A DNA stretch of 63,985 bases, the filler included, from Piptocephalis cylindrospora (taxonomy: Eukaryota): NCBI GenBank assembly GCA_003614145.1. It is 4 parts of 4 records of this genome, joined end to end, with 100 filler letters (N's around TTAATTAATTAA, not from the genome) between each part and the next. Parts side by side here need not be neighbours in the genome. Positions count along the whole stretch, not along the records: positions 1 to 17,030 come from KZ987863.1; positions 17,131 to 33,902 come from KZ987865.1; 2 more parts are not named here. The stretch is one strand, 5' to 3'. The notes below the pieces were generated by a model. It saw only the letters and a program-made list of their open reading frames with translations. It did no database searches and was not told where the DNA came from. This document shows positions 13,334 through 26,387 of the stretch, in pieces. The stretch's first letter is position 1, and every line of letters begins with the position of its first letter. The position numbers and the translations under genes were made by a program.

Positions 13334-13591
13334 TTAGATCGGGGAGGAGTCATCGTCCGGGGTTTCATTGTAGGCTTCGCTTGATCGGATGACGGTGCTA
13401 CGACGATGGATAGAGATGCTACGTTTGGTCGGAGTGGGGGAAGCATACTCCCCATCCTTGTAGTGCTTCTCGTACCATTGGGCATCTCTGGATCCGAATT
13501 CTGGGGCTAAGGAATGTCGACGCTTGGTATACTTTCCGACGGACCAATGGGTAAAAAGGTAGGATCCTTTGATACGAGAGACGATGCCCAT
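13334..13591 (-). CDS. Small (85 aa) uncharacterised fungal protein
   Basis: MGIVSRIKGSYLFTHWSVGKYTKRR...HYKDGEY resembles a recalled small fungal family (..YTRR...YxDGEY); pyrimidine-rich leader upstream. Confidence 0.6.
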   Translation of the reverse strand: MGIVSRIKGSYLFTHWSVGKYTKRRHSLAPEFGSRDAQWYEKHYKDGEYASPTPTKRSISIHRRSTVIRSSEAYNETPDDDSSPI

Positions 13592-14211
13592 AATGGAATA
13601 AGAAAAGGAAGGGTACTGCTTGGAGTAGGTGCGTAGAGGTAAGGAGGGTACAGAAAGGTCGTGGGGACAGACAGGACAATTAGAACAGGGAAGGCAAGAA
13701 CAAGAAGGGGATGGGGGGAAGAGGGAGGAGGGAAGAAAAGGAGGGAATGTGACGCGTTGTGTGGAAAAGGAGAGCTTAACAGATGGCATGGGTCAGCATG
13801 GAAGGCTATTGTAAGCCCTTCTTTCTTTCATCCCCTGCACAGCCAGTGCCCATGTAGGCAGACCCGGACTAGAAGGGTCAGTGGGGTAGAGAATAGGCTC
13901 GTCGGAGTTTTCACGGTGTGGGAGGAAAAAAAAGGAATCGGAGATATCGCCCAGCTGGAGAGGATGAGAAGGGGAAGAAACGGTGTTTGGTGCTTGGTGG
14001 TAGGTATAGACGGTACAAGAAATGGTAACGCATGGGAGAATAAAGGCATCTGATGATTTGGACGAATCGAACTTGCAGATGCAGGGAGAGAAGGGAATGG
14101 ACCATGACAGATGCCCATTTATCGTAGGGTCCATGATGAGTCGCACTGGGCACCTGACGACTAGAATGAATCGATCGACCGACTGATAATGCAGAAGAAG
14201 TGGGGTATAAT

Positions 14212-15002
14212 TTAAGCCTCGAAAATACTCTCACCATCCTTCCAGTACACCTGATCATCCTGGTCAATGACCGAGGAAAAGTAGCAAGGGGGAATGGCTT
14301 TAGTATCCCCTTGGCCAGGAGAGAGGATGACGCCGTTGCTCGATTCATACAATGGAATGCCATCTACATGAGGAAAATGGGTATGAGTTAAAAAAGGAAT
14401 GGTCCTTTCTTATCAGAAGAGACACACACCTTGAAGGAGTCGGAGGATGTCAAGATGGATAAAGAGGGAGCATCTGGACCTCATACCACTGATGACGCCC
14501 CCATGCCCTGGCATGCCCGAAGCCATGTGAATGTGATTCCGGCCCATAGTGCGTAGGCCGTCCCGTTGTATGGAGGGCCAAAGACGCTTGTCCGTCCCAT
14601 GGATCACCATAGAAGGGGCATCCTCGATGGATGAGATGGACTTTAGGGCTAGCTCGGGTACAGGGAGGGAGTGGCCTTGGTTGGCGCGAATCCACCAACC
14701 CTCCTGGTCGCCGACGCGTTGATGAACCATGGTGAAGCGCTGCTTTCCATTTTCCCGCACCGTGGCTTGTACGTCCTCTAGGGTGAAGGTCTTAAACTTT
14801 GGTCTTTTCAGCTGGGTAGGGTAGGATAAGGTGAGATGGGTTGAGTAGTCTCCAAAGAACAGAGCTAGAGAGTGGTTACCAGAGCTTCCAGGAATACATA
14901 GCCATCCGGATGCATGACCAGTCCCTCTTTCATGGCCCCATGTCTCAGGACATAGGATAGGGATCTAGATAAACGCTCCTCTGGAGTTCCTCTGGGTGGC
15001 AT
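14212..15002 (-). CDS. TPT1: tRNA 2'-phosphotransferase
   Basis: LSRSLSYVLRHGA, KQRF, IRANQGHS, HGT, MGRNHIH, SGMR, SSNGVIL across three exons. Confidence 0.92.
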
Positions 15003-15263
15003 GGCGGCAAAGAGAGAAAGAGGGGGAGAGGGAGAGAGGGGAGGATGTGGGAAGAAAGAAAGGAGTAAGGGGAATGGTCTCGCCTTTAAACTAGTCCAAT
15101 AAGTGGTATAAGACATGAAAAGTAAATTGAGGCTTGTCGATCAATAAACAACATGGGCGATCTGTGCTGATGCGCACCACTAGGGATGCTGCGTGTATTG
15201 TGTTATATGGTGAATTGAGACCCATATATCCCAAGAGGAATGATATGTGTTCCCAGAGCAAGA

Positions 15264-16971
15264 TCAAAGTTTGGAAGATCGAGGGGATTTGACTAGCTTA
15301 AAGCACTGGTCCCGTACTTTGGGCCTTTGGACCTTACCTGTAGCTCCCTTTTCAATATGATCAAGAACCCAGATCTTCGAAGGGACCTTGAAGGGAGCTA
15401 GATGATCCTTACACCATTGACGGATTCTTCGAGTGACCGCTTCGGGACCCTCACTCTTGGCGGAATCAGCGAGGACAACGGCTAGACCCACGACTTCACC
15501 ATACAACTCGTCAGGAAAGCCAAAAGAGACGGCTTCAGAGACCCCGGGACACTCGAGGACACATGAGTCAACCTCGAGAGGCCCGATCTTTTCACCACCC
15601 CGGTTAATCAGTTCCTTGATGCGACCGGTAAGGAAGAGGTAGCCTTGAGGATCGACCTTTCCCCGATCACCTGTGCGAAACCAGGGGCCAGGCCAGAAAC
15701 TGGAGGCATTGGCCTTTGGGTTATCACGGTAGCCGCTGGTCACATTGACGCCCTGGATGCACACCTCACCCTCCTGACCCTGGGGAACTTCCTTGCCCTG
15801 GGCGTCGAGGATACGAAGGTCGACACCCTGAGGGAGTCCAACAGAGCCAGATTTATGGGCGGCAGGTGGCGGGGGATTGGAGGTCATTTGATGGGCGGCC
15901 TCGGTCATGGCATAGGCCTCAAGGACGGGGACACGGAATGCGGCTTCGACCTTGGCCAGGGTGGCTGGAGCCAGGGAGGAGGAGCAGGAGCGGATGAATC
16001 TGAGGGAATGGGAAGTCGGGGCGGAGGTGGTGAGGAGAATAGAGTGGATCGTGGGGACGGCAGAGTACCACGTGGCGTGGGAGTGTAAGGCTTGAGGCCA
16101 GAAGGCATGTGCGGAGAAACGGGGAGCGATGGCAGCGGTACCACCCGAAGCCAAAGTGGAAAGAAGGGCGCCGATGAGACCATGGACATGGAACAAGGGC
16201 ATGACGACGAGGGATATGTCAGATTGGGAGAGGTTGTATGTACGGACGATGTTACCCATCGTTCTAGAGATGTTTGCATGAGTCAATGGGACGGCTAGGA
16301 TGAAGGGGATGAATGTTTATGTGAGCGGAAAGAGAGAGAGAAAAAGAGAAGAAGAGAAAGACGATACCTTTAGGTCGCCCAGTGGTGCCTGAGGTATGAA
16401 GGATGAGGGCCACCTCATCGGTCTTGGGGTTGAGGGATTCGACGACTTCACTGGAACGTGCTTGAGTGGTACTGATGGGGGAGGAAGATTTGCTGGTGGG
16501 TGGAGGGAACCATTGAACCTGGCAGGAGCGTTCGGCCGTGACCCATTCGACCTCACCAACCAGACAGCCTCGTTCCCAGGCTACATGAACCGCCTCTTTT
16601 CCCTGGCCGACCCAGCCTTTGGGGACGAGGAGAGCAAGGGGCTTTGTGTCGTCCAGGTAAAAGGAGACCTCCGATTTACCATAGGCTGGATTGAGTGGGG
16701 CACACAAGAGCCTGGAGCATGTGACAGTGAGGAAGGAGATGATGCATTCTGGGGAGTTTGGGAAGATGGTGGCGATGGTATCACCTGGTTGAGGGTTCAA
16801 GGCCTGCTTGAGCAGGAGGGCCAAGTGAAGAACGGCCTTGTGAAGCTCCGAGTAGGACACGGGAGTTGGGGATTGTGTGGTGGGGTCCTCTGGAGGAAAG
16901 ATAAGTAAAGCAGGGTTCTTTCTCTGCAAGGACCTACTATTGAAGATGTTTGCTAGGGTGTTGGAAGCCAT
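15264..16971 (-). CDS. PCS60: Peroxisomal acyl(oxalate)-CoA ligase
   Basis: LHTSGTTGRPK, MPLFHVHGL, EAYAMTEAAHQM, FRTGD, GRIKELINRGGEKI; C-terminal PTS1 SKL; one intron. Confidence 0.92.
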
Positions 16972-17030
16972 GGTGAGTATGGGTGCTTCAAACATGATGA
17001 CATATTATTTCTCTACTCACCTTTCAACTC

Positions 17031-17130
17031 NNNNNNNNNNNNNNNNNNNNNNNNNNNNNNNNNNNNNNNNNNNNTTAATTAATTAANNNNNNNNNNNNNN
17101 NNNNNNNNNNNNNNNNNNNNNNNNNNNNNN
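17031..17130. other. Artificial scaffold linker (44N-TTAATTAATTAA-44N)
   Basis: Identical 100-bp six-frame-stop spacer occurs three times in the window. Confidence 0.97.
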
Positions 17131-18204
17131 AGGGGATAAGGGGAATAACCAACAGGATAAGGCTGGGAACACAGTATGGTATAAGCTCTTCTTTGCGTTG
17201 GATGATGATTGAGGATGACTAGGGTATAGAGGAAAAAATTCCTCGAGGGTAAGAAAGAAAGGTAAAGAGTAAGAGGAGAGGAGAGGAGAGGAGGGGAGGG
17301 GAGGGTTCACGCTCTTTTTTGTCTTTCTTATTACCCTCTGGACAACCATGAATTGCAATGCTTATAAAGCTCTGTATCCTTTCTCTTCATTCCTCGACCT
17401 GCTTTTCTCCCTGTGTATCTGTGTGTGCTAGTAATGTGTATGCACATAGTATAGGGGCTGGCTGGTTTTTAGGGGTCAAGGGAAACTGGCTAATAACCCC
17501 TAGCCCAATACAATCAGACACCAGGTGGTTACCGGATCCTGCGTTTTCCCTCTCCTCTTTGGGGGACGGGCCCAGCTGCCTCACCACACCAGGTTCCATC
17601 CTGGTGCAGGACGGGTTCACATAAGGTAGTATTCTAGTTAGCTTAGGCAATCAATGAGTAACCAGCTCCGGCCAGCTGGACCTTCTAATGTGCTTTATTC
17701 CTCCAATAGAATATTAATGTCAGGACAACCCAGATCCAGCCCCTGCCTGGCTTGGCCCTGCGGAGTTGAAGTTTGAAGGCGGAGATGGAAAAAGGACCTA
17801 GCTTGTCCTAGCCATCACCTGTATGCTTATGACCGGTATATAGACACTACGGTCTTATCTTCCCCTCTTCGACCCGACTCTTGTTTTCCTTCTTTCTCGC
17901 CAGTTTTTTCTGCCATCTCCCCCCCTCCCCTTCCCTCGCCCCCCTTCCACCTCTCTTCTTTCCCTCTAGCCACGACTATTCATCTCCTTTCAGATTCCTA
18001 CGAATCTCAACGATCCTGCCACGCTTCTCTCCCCGTTTTCTCCCGTTCATTCTCGATCTTTTCGTCTCACCTCGCCTCGCCTCACCTCACCTCACCTCAT
18101 CATTCCCAACCCCCTCTTTGTCCTCCACCACACCTCGCCTAAATCAATCCACTCAATATCTCCTCAATCCTCTCTCTCAGCTTTTCACCATCCCGGCCTT
18201 TCCA

Positions 18205-18735
18205 ATGCGCCTTCTCACCCTCGCTTCCCTCGTCCCCTTCCTTGTTCTCTACGCCCTCCCCACCCAATCATTCCCTGCCTCTCCGGATGAGAAACAGGCA
18301 AGGGAAGAGCTTGTGTCCAAGGACGATGCAGATTCCGTTTTTGAAGACCAAAAGGCCATATGGGCTCGACCACAGGATGATGACGTCTGCGCTATCGATC
18401 ATAAAACCGGCTTTTCCTACGTGTGCGACATGGGAAACAAGGTGAATAAGCAGCAGCTGCATGCACTCGTCACCCTTTGGAATAAGGAGAATTACGATGC
18501 TGAGATGGATCGTGTTATTGTCTCGGATATCACCTCTGGGGAGAATCTCTGGTGGCAAAACACTACCCGATCCGCCGGGGAATTCTCTGTCCAGAACCAT
18601 TGCAATGAGAAGCAGGGCATCCCTACATTCAAGCAGCTCATGGGAAATAACGAGGAACATTACCAGTATATCCAGTATACACGACGAGCGATGAGTCTTG
18701 CTCGTACCGTTATCCTCAAATATGCTTGTTTCTAG
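18205..18735 (+). CDS. Orphan small secreted protein (176 aa, 4 Cys)
   Basis: Signal peptide MRLLTLASLVPFLVLYALPTQS, intronless, TATATA near 17838. Confidence 0.75.
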   Translation: MRLLTLASLVPFLVLYALPTQSFPASPDEKQAREELVSKDDADSVFEDQKAIWARPQDDDVCAIDHKTGFSYVCDMGNKVNKQQLHALVTLWNKENYDAEMDRVIVSDITSGENLWWQNTTRSAGEFSVQNHCNEKQGIPTFKQLMGNNEEHYQYIQYTRRAMSLARTVILKYACF

Positions 18736-18962
18736 GGCACTGATCCTCTCCCTTCCTGATTTTATCCCTTGGGGTCGCATGTCGTATTTGATGCCGGCGT
18801 TAGGATGATGAATGAACGTTTTGATGTTATTTCTTTTACAACATAACTTATGTGGATTGTTAAATAATACGAGAAAATTGGTGTGCACGGGACAGGATGA
18901 TTAAAGATGCTTGACTCGTACCCCCCACCCCTCCTCCATGACCTCTTCTTTGATCTCAAAGC

Positions 18963-20040
18963 CTAAGCACTCCCAGTAATCGATGGCTGGTTCGTCGCAC
19001 CCATGATATCCTCTTCCTTGCCTTCCTCAGATTCATCCCCCTTGACCGTAGGATTACGTAGTAGGGTAAAGGACCAGTTAGACATGGCATGGGGCAAGGC
19101 AGAAAGTTGGGCCCCATATCTGGAGGTATTGTCATACAACTCGATGAGGGGTACGGCCACTAGACGCATGTTTTGCGGTACGACCAGTGATTCTACAGTA
19201 AGGGTGAGGTGAGGATGAGGATGAGGATGAAAGGTAATAGGTCATATCACTTACTGCGAGGGGGTAGTCTCATTAGCCACACCTGTCGTCGTTCCTTCGG
19301 ATGGGAGACGTGAGGAGGAACGTATGGATACTTTGGAAGAAGAGAAAGCAAGGTGAGCTCATCGACAAAGGATCCAGATACCTCCTCATTTCCCTCTTAC
19401 CATAAAGGTCTCAAAGTTGGGCCTCCACCAGGTGGAAAGACAACCCTCCAGTCCCCAGTCCGGGTCAATGGCCCCATCTGTGGCGGAAAGATGCTCTGCT
19501 GAAAGCTGCTTGGTAAGGATCTTTTTGACTGCCGTGGCCTCATCATCCGCCTCATCCTCCTTTTTAATGTACCCTCCAGGTCTATGGTGGGAGTAGGTGA
19601 GGGGGAGAAGACAATGGTACTAATAACCTTATACCCATCTCATGCAGACACACGTACAACTTGTAAAACTGAGCAGCAATTTGGAACATGAGAACATGCG
19701 GATGTCCATGGTCATGGACGACCAAGACCGCATCCACAGATCTTCGCATCCCATTGACGCTAAAATCCTTTTCCAGTCGATCCATCCTGGCTGTCACTGA
19801 GGTGTCCTCCTCTGGCTGCGCCTCTTTGGTTCCAAAGGTATAGTTGGCTAGGTGAGATGGATGAGGGTGAGGATGAGAATGACCTAGAGAAGAAGGTATG
19901 TGCATGGACTTACCTAACGGATATCTAATAGGAAGACCCAGCAACAGAAATGAAAAGGTAATGGCGGGTGTGAGTAGGCGAGAAATCGCGTTTATCCCTT
20001 ATCTCCTAGCACATAACACATACACGCTGGCAGTATTCAT
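18963..20040 (-). CDS. NUDT21: Cleavage factor Im 25-kDa subunit (CPSF5)
   Basis: YPLANYTFGTKE, GMRRSVDAVLVVHDHGHPHVL, WWRPNFET, LVAVPLIELYDNTSRYG; includes an 11-nt microexon at 19914-19924. Confidence 0.92.
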
Positions 20041-20304
20041 GAGGAAGAGTGAATGAGAAGGCAAGGACAGGGAGAGTGAGGGGGTGGTTAGGATGGTGTT
20101 CTATTATTACAGTCGGTATTTGCCTGATCCTCAAAAGTACCTGATACGCACCTCCAAGCAGCATAGTCTATCTCCCGCCTCATGTGGAGCACACATCAAT
20201 AAATGCACTATGGGATGCATCATCAAAGATTTTGACTGCTCTAGACAGCCAGCCTCTTGATGACCAAAGTCTCTTTCACACACCATCTCCATCCCCTCCT
20301 CACC

Positions 20305-21522
20305 ATGTCCTCCACTTTACCTTACGCTGCAGAAAGGTTGGCCGCAGTGACCGCGGTTCAGTTGGCCGCTAGGGCCACCCGACAAGTCCAGCCGACCCAG
20401 GCCACCACCCTGCTCAAGACTGACACGTCTCCCGTGACCGTGGCGGATTATGCAGCCCAGACCTTGGTGTCTCAACACTTGGCCCTGTCCTTTCCGGACA
20501 TTCCTTTGGTGGCCGAGGAGGATGCTCAGGACTTGGGATCCTCGGCCTCAGAGAACCTGCGCCACCAGGTCCTCCAGTGCGTTAATTCAGTCCTAGCTGC
20601 ACCCATAACCAATGACCAGGTGAGTCGTTGGGAGATGAATGGATGGAGTATCTACCGATGAATCCCACTCATCCTTCCTGACGATGATGGTAGATGCTCA
20701 AGGCAATTGACCGAGGTGGACATGCTGGAGGTCCCACGGGAAAGTATTGGGTACTGGACCCAGTGGATGGGACCAAAGGCTTCCTTCGAGGACAGCAGTA
20801 TGCCATATGTCTGGCTTTGGTTGAAGAGGGTCAAGTGAAGCTTGGTATCCTTGGATGTCCTCGTCTGCCCTTGCAAGGTGTGGAGGAAGGGCCGACTACC
20901 GGGAGTCTTGTAGCCGCTGTACAAGGTCAAGGTGCTTATCAGGTATGGACGGGGAATTGACTTGGATGAATTGGCGCGGATTTCACGTCTTCTCCTTTGT
21001 GATAGTATCCATTGAATGATGAGGAGGCCGAGGGAAAGCAAATCCATTGTGCCAAGCCAGCCTCAACGGCGGACGCTGCGTTCTGCGAGGGGGTTGAGGC
21101 TGCTCACTCCTCCCACGACACTCATGCTGCTATTGCCCGGGAGGCTCGGGTGACCCGCGCACCTGCCCGTCTGGATAGTCAGTGCAAGTATGCCGTAGTG
21201 GCTCGAGGCGATGCTGATATCTACTTGCGCATTCCCACTCGACCTGGCTATGTCGAGAAGATATGGGTAAGTCCATCTTGAAAGACCTTTCAAGGGGCAA
21301 TATCTTTGCACTTAATAACAGGAATGCCCCATGGCTTAGGATCATGCAGCGGGAGCCCTCATCGTCCAAGAGGCCGGGGGAAAGGTGTGCGATGTGGATG
21401 GGCTACCCTTGGATTTTTCTCGAGGACGTCGTCTCGAGGGGAACCGAGGAATTATTGCCACTGCTTCCACCATTCACTCCCCCATCCTTCAAGCCACCCA
21501 GTCTGTCCTTGCTAAGATCTGA
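20305..21522 (+). CDS. MET22: 3'(2'),5'-bisphosphate nucleotidase (HAL2 family)
   Basis: KTDTSPVTVADY, VAEED, WVLDPVDGTKGFLRGQQYA, RLDSQCKY, EKIW|DHAAG; four exons, stop 21520-21522. Confidence 0.95.
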
Positions 21523-21661
21523 GGGTCTAAGGAATTTATCCAGTGACCTGAAGGGCACAGTGACTATCCAGGAAGGTGGTGATTGTTGCACATCCCTTTC
21601 AAGTTCAAACCTTTTTCATTTCCATGGTGATTATACACACACACACACAAACACGCACAGC

Positions 21662-23221
21662 TCATTCCGGAAAGAGAACTCTTGCCACCTTTTTCCCATT
21701 GACTCCTTGTGCTATTAAAAGAGAGGGAAGATGAGATTACACGCTGTATCTATTCCTCTTTCAACATCCAAAAGAACAGCTTACCTTGGGCATCGGCATC
21801 CCACTTTCTCTTCATCTCCGAGATGGATGCTGCCTTGACCCCGGATTTAGTTTGTTTGGGTAATCTAGCCGGGGGAGTGGGTCTTGGGTATTCCTTAAAG
21901 TAATCATGATGCAGGGCCTACATGATGGGAATGAGAAGACGGATTACGTGACAAATCACCTCCTCTCCCAACTTACATCACGAGCACTGATTCTCTTGTT
22001 GGGGTCAAATCGTAGCATCGACGATAGCACGTCCAGAGCGGCGGGAGAGGCAGCTTGGAAGGTCCCACGGAGAAGTGGACGAGGGAGGGGCTTCCTAGAC
22101 AGATAATCCGGGAGATTTCTCATTCCCTAGGACAAGGGTAAATGGGTGAGATGTGTTATTGGCCTATCGTCATGGCTCATTAAGCAACCTACAGGCCACT
22201 CCTCGTCCGTTGGGGTGCCCAGAGCTCGGAAGATTACATCCAGCTGATCCATCTCAGAATCTCCGGGGAGATAGGGGGCTCTTAGCATCAGTTCGGCAAA
22301 GACACATCCAAGAGCCCATAGATCCACTCCAGATGAGTATGTCTTAGCCCCCATAAGTAGCTCAGGCGGGCGGTACCATCTGAATTTTACATGGCGAAGA
22401 AGGGTTGTGAATTCTCATCTACTCCTCCCTGAATCATCAGCATTTTCATGAGTTCATACCGAGTAATAACCTGAGGAGTCATGCTCTGGGAGTAATCCCC
22501 CCAGAAGCGGGCCAGGCCAAAATCAGCAAGCTTAAGCTGACCATCCGAGCCGAGGAGCAAGTTATTGGGTTTAATATCCCTATGAAGCACCCAATTACGG
22601 TGGCAGTGCTCCAGGCCACGGAGAGCCATGCCTAACCAGCTCTTGACATCTGCTGGGGAGAAGACTAGAGACCGATCTTTGATCAGAACCTCCAGATCTG
22701 CTTCCAGATATTCCAGGACCAGATTTAGAGCTGCTCCAGTCGTGTATATCTCAATGAGCCTCAGCACATTGGGATGCTTTAGCTCCTGCAGTGCCTTGAT
22801 CTCCCGGACCGTCGATACATCAATGCCATTATGGTGCTTCTGCGCCTTGATCTTTTTGATTGCCACCCTCTCTCCGGTAGAGACACGAGTGGCTAAGGCG
22901 AGATGGGGAGAAGAAAAGGGAAAATGAGCAGAAGATACAATGACATGTGATCCATAGAATCGTCTTACCCTCGTATACCACGGCGTAGGCTCCCTCGCCA
23001 ATCTTTCGGTCTTTCACATAATCCTCCGTCTTGTCCTCCGCCTCCTGCTCCGTTAAAGGGGATTCCGATGCTGCAGCTGACGGCTGAGATGCAATGGGTT
23101 GGCCCTCAGACTTGGAAATCTGTGTGGTTTCCTTGCCTTTCTCCGATGACCCTGCCTTCTCCTTGGGAGAGGAGGAAGTTGTGGTGGTGACTATGGGACC
23201 ATCCCGTTCTATGGCTTGCAT
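21662..23221 (-). CDS. KIN28: TFIIH kinase CDK7/Kin28
   Basis: [67 protein letters not shown]-terminal KVARVLF. Confidence 0.9.
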
Positions 23222-23700
23222 ATCGTATAGATGGCAAGGGTGATAGTTATTCCTGACTTGCTTTCTTGGTGCCTGAAGAAGGAGGGAAGCGAATAAGTAA
23301 ATTTTAGGATGAAGTATGACTAGACAGCTGAGGGCTGAAGAAGAAGGGCCTTGAAGGGAACATCACAACATATTGATGAGCGCGCTTCACTCCATATCAC
23401 CATGGGCCACTGCGGTGGATCATTCCACTTGTGGTATTCCCAATGTACATGCAGTAAGGCAAGCACCTTTCCACACTGATCTCATCAACCTTGTAGAAAT
23501 CAGAGTAAATTGATCCATACTTGCAGTATTATTATTATGGCACACACGCACAAAACTTCACAGAAAGACACTGCCATCTGGTATGGCAATTATGGATCAT
23601 GGGATCATCCTATTTCTTTTTTTCCTGCTCGCCTCCTTCCCCTCCATCTTTAGCCTCAACCTTCATTCATCCACTCTCCCCTCCCCCTCCAGCCCAGAAT

Positions 23701-24250
23701 ATGCCGTCTGACCAGTCTTTGAAAAGGGCATTTGACCTCCTTCTGCCCATGTCCTCAGCTCCCTCCAGCAACGAGGAGCCCGCCAAATCCGGTGGTCCCA
23801 GTCGGTCCGTGAAGCGATCCGGGAAGCAGCGAACAGAGAAGCCCAAGGAGAGAAAGAGCAGGGCTACCACTCGTTCTGCCTCGTCCACACCAGTATCTGG
23901 TATGCTTTCTTTACCTATTCTGCGAGTCAATTCATCCAACCTTTCCTCTCTCACTCACTCCTTCCTTTCTCGCGATAGATCCCGAAAAGCAACTTCAAAG
24001 GAACATTGCAATACTGAAGAAGCTAAGCAAGGTCTCCAACTCGGAGCGAAAAATTCGAAAGAAGGTAGGAACTGAACCAGTATCCTTCCTCGCTAGACTC
24101 TCACTCATTTTTCTTCTCATCCACACGTAGATTCTCGTCAAGCTAGAGGACCAGGCCAAGAGCAAGAATGGAAAGAAGAGAGGAAAGGGACGGGATGAAT
24201 CCAGTGGACCCTATACCTTCCCCGATTTCTCCGATACCGATGAGGAGTGA
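23701..24250 (+). CDS. Small basic protein, possibly AROS/Rrt14-like ribosome biogenesis factor
   Basis: Three exons: MPSDQSLKRAFDLLLP..|DPEKQLQRNIAILKKL..|ILVKLEDQ..FPDFSDTDEE. Lys/Arg-rich; family call is weak. Confidence 0.5.
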
Positions 24251-24431
24251 GGGTAGTAAGGATGTATTGTAATCGTCATGAAGGAGCATTGTTCTTTCCA
24301 AATTGATGATCCATGAATAAGATGTTCTCTTCCACTCTGATCCTATACGCTTTTGATCATTCTGTCATGGGTGGCCGGTTTTCATTAAGAATGCTATCCT
24401 CCATAACATGCTAAGTACTGCCACGGAAAGT

Positions 24432-26036
24432 TCACGCTTGCTTCAGGTGAACCCGCTCGGGCAGTCTTTGATGTACGTACCTCCCTACCAGAGCCATCAG
24501 GATGGCCCCGAGGGTATAGCACACAATGGGCCCCAAGGACCAGTAGAGGCCACAGGCCAGAAGAGGGCCAAACGCCCGACCCAATTGCCCAGTACTACGA
24601 ATTTTACCTAGGACCTCCCCTGTCTTTTCCTCTCCATCTTGGGCGGGCCCCTTGGCAGAGGAGGAAGAAGCACTGGCGAGAGCATTGAAGGCATTGACGA
24701 CGGTAGCGGATGCCACGGATACTCCGGTCACCCCGACCCACAACCATCGAGCCCCACCCAGGGAAGTGGAAGCAGAGAGCGCCAGGGCCAGGAGACCCAG
24801 GGTGCAGGACACAATACCCTGCAAGGCCAGGGACCGTTCGCTCACTCGTTTGCCCGCCACTCTTCGAACATACCCTCCCTGCAGAAGGGCAGATAGGATG
24901 CCCATGTAACAGAGTAGAGCGCCCTGCTGACCGTGCGTAAAACCGTGAGCATCAAAGGTAAGGAAAGTAAGGGTAAACTCCATGCCGGAAAAGAGTAGAA
25001 GGAAGGAAAAATAGGCTGTGTGAATCCTACTGAGAGTGGAATGACTAGAAGGATCTTCCGCCTGAACCTTTTTCTGGAAAGGCTTTTGGGCAGGAAGGGT
25101 TTCTGGGAGGTAGAGGTAGAGGTAAATGGCCTCCAGGCTAACGAGAAGGAGCGATATCATGGCAGGGGCTGAGTAGGGGTTCAAGCCCCACTCCATCATC
25201 CAAGGAAAGATGTCTCGTAAGTCAATAGATGCCATATACGCCCCAAGGGCAGGACCTGTGGTAAAGGCCACAGCAAAAGCGATTCCCACCATTGCCTGAT
25301 CGATAAAGGATTGGGGAAATGAGCCACTACCTCATCATAGCCCATGATCGTTCCCATCAACCCAAGAAAGCACCTACCAAGCCCCGGGACCGAGAGGAAG
25401 AATCGGTCACATCAGTGATAATAGCCATGGAAAGTTGGACATTGCCCTCAGACAGACCTCCAACTACCCTGGCCAGCAGGAAAAGACGAAAGGATCGGGC
25501 AATTACCCAAATGCCACAAGAGATAATATTACCTACCTAGTACATCCACCAGGATTTTAGTTAGGAGGACAGAGAAAGAGGAAAGGAAGGAGCATCTTAC
25601 CATGGAAAGCAGCAGGATACGACGACGACCATGAACATCGGCCAATCGTCCAATTGTCGGGGATACCAAGTACTGAAGGAGGGAAAAGAGCGATCCCAGA
25701 CCCCCACCAAGAAGCACTACATCCACCGCTCTTCCCCGATAGGTATCTCCTGCACCTAGGAAAAGGCGAAGGTCATTTGCTCGTTGCAACGTCCAGCCGA
25801 GTAAGGACTATGGGGGATAAATGAGTGTGTGTTTAGAGGGATAATATGGGTCCATAGGGCCCAGACGAATAACATACGTTGTCCACTGAGCCCTCTTGTA
25901 TGCGATAATGGTCCAAGAGGCGTGGGAGCAAAGGCAGGATCAAGGTAAAGGATAGCAAGTCGAGAAGGAGTGCGAAAAAGACCACACGGACAGTTTTAGA
26001 GCGTGTGACCGTCGAAGACCTGTCCAGCTTGGTCAT
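24432..26036 (-). CDS. MFS transporter, MFSD10/TETRAN-like
   Basis: LLLDLLSFTLILPLLP, GRLADVHGRR (MFS motif A), FSGMEFTLTFL, LQGGYVRR, GQLGRAFGP. Confidence 0.9.
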
Positions 26037-26387
26037 CTTGTTGGAATGGGATAGATGAGAAGAAGAGATGGGAAAGGTTTAGGATGGAGCAGCTCTTGTC
26101 GTAGGCATGTCTTGGCGGGTACTTATAGAGATGATTTAATGGGCAGTGCTGGGTATCTAGTCAGTGTGTGGTGTTCCCATAGATGCGGAGACTGCACCAG
26201 TGCCCTCCGACACTCTGGGCTCATCTGTGTTCCATTGGGCGCTATTATTATTAACAGAGGGTAAATCTCATCTGATAAGAGAGAGCATTGTACAGCATAG
26301 ATATGGGGTATTCTTACCCATTTCGTTAAAGAGACGATCCTTCGGGGCTATAAGGCGCATCGATCATTTATAAATATCACTATGGGC

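Noticed and set aside
17075..17086. TTAATTAATTAA (also at 33947 and 50727) as a piggyBac TTAA site or biological repeat
   Set aside because: It is always centred in 44+44 Ns, so it is a synthetic six-frame-stop linker.
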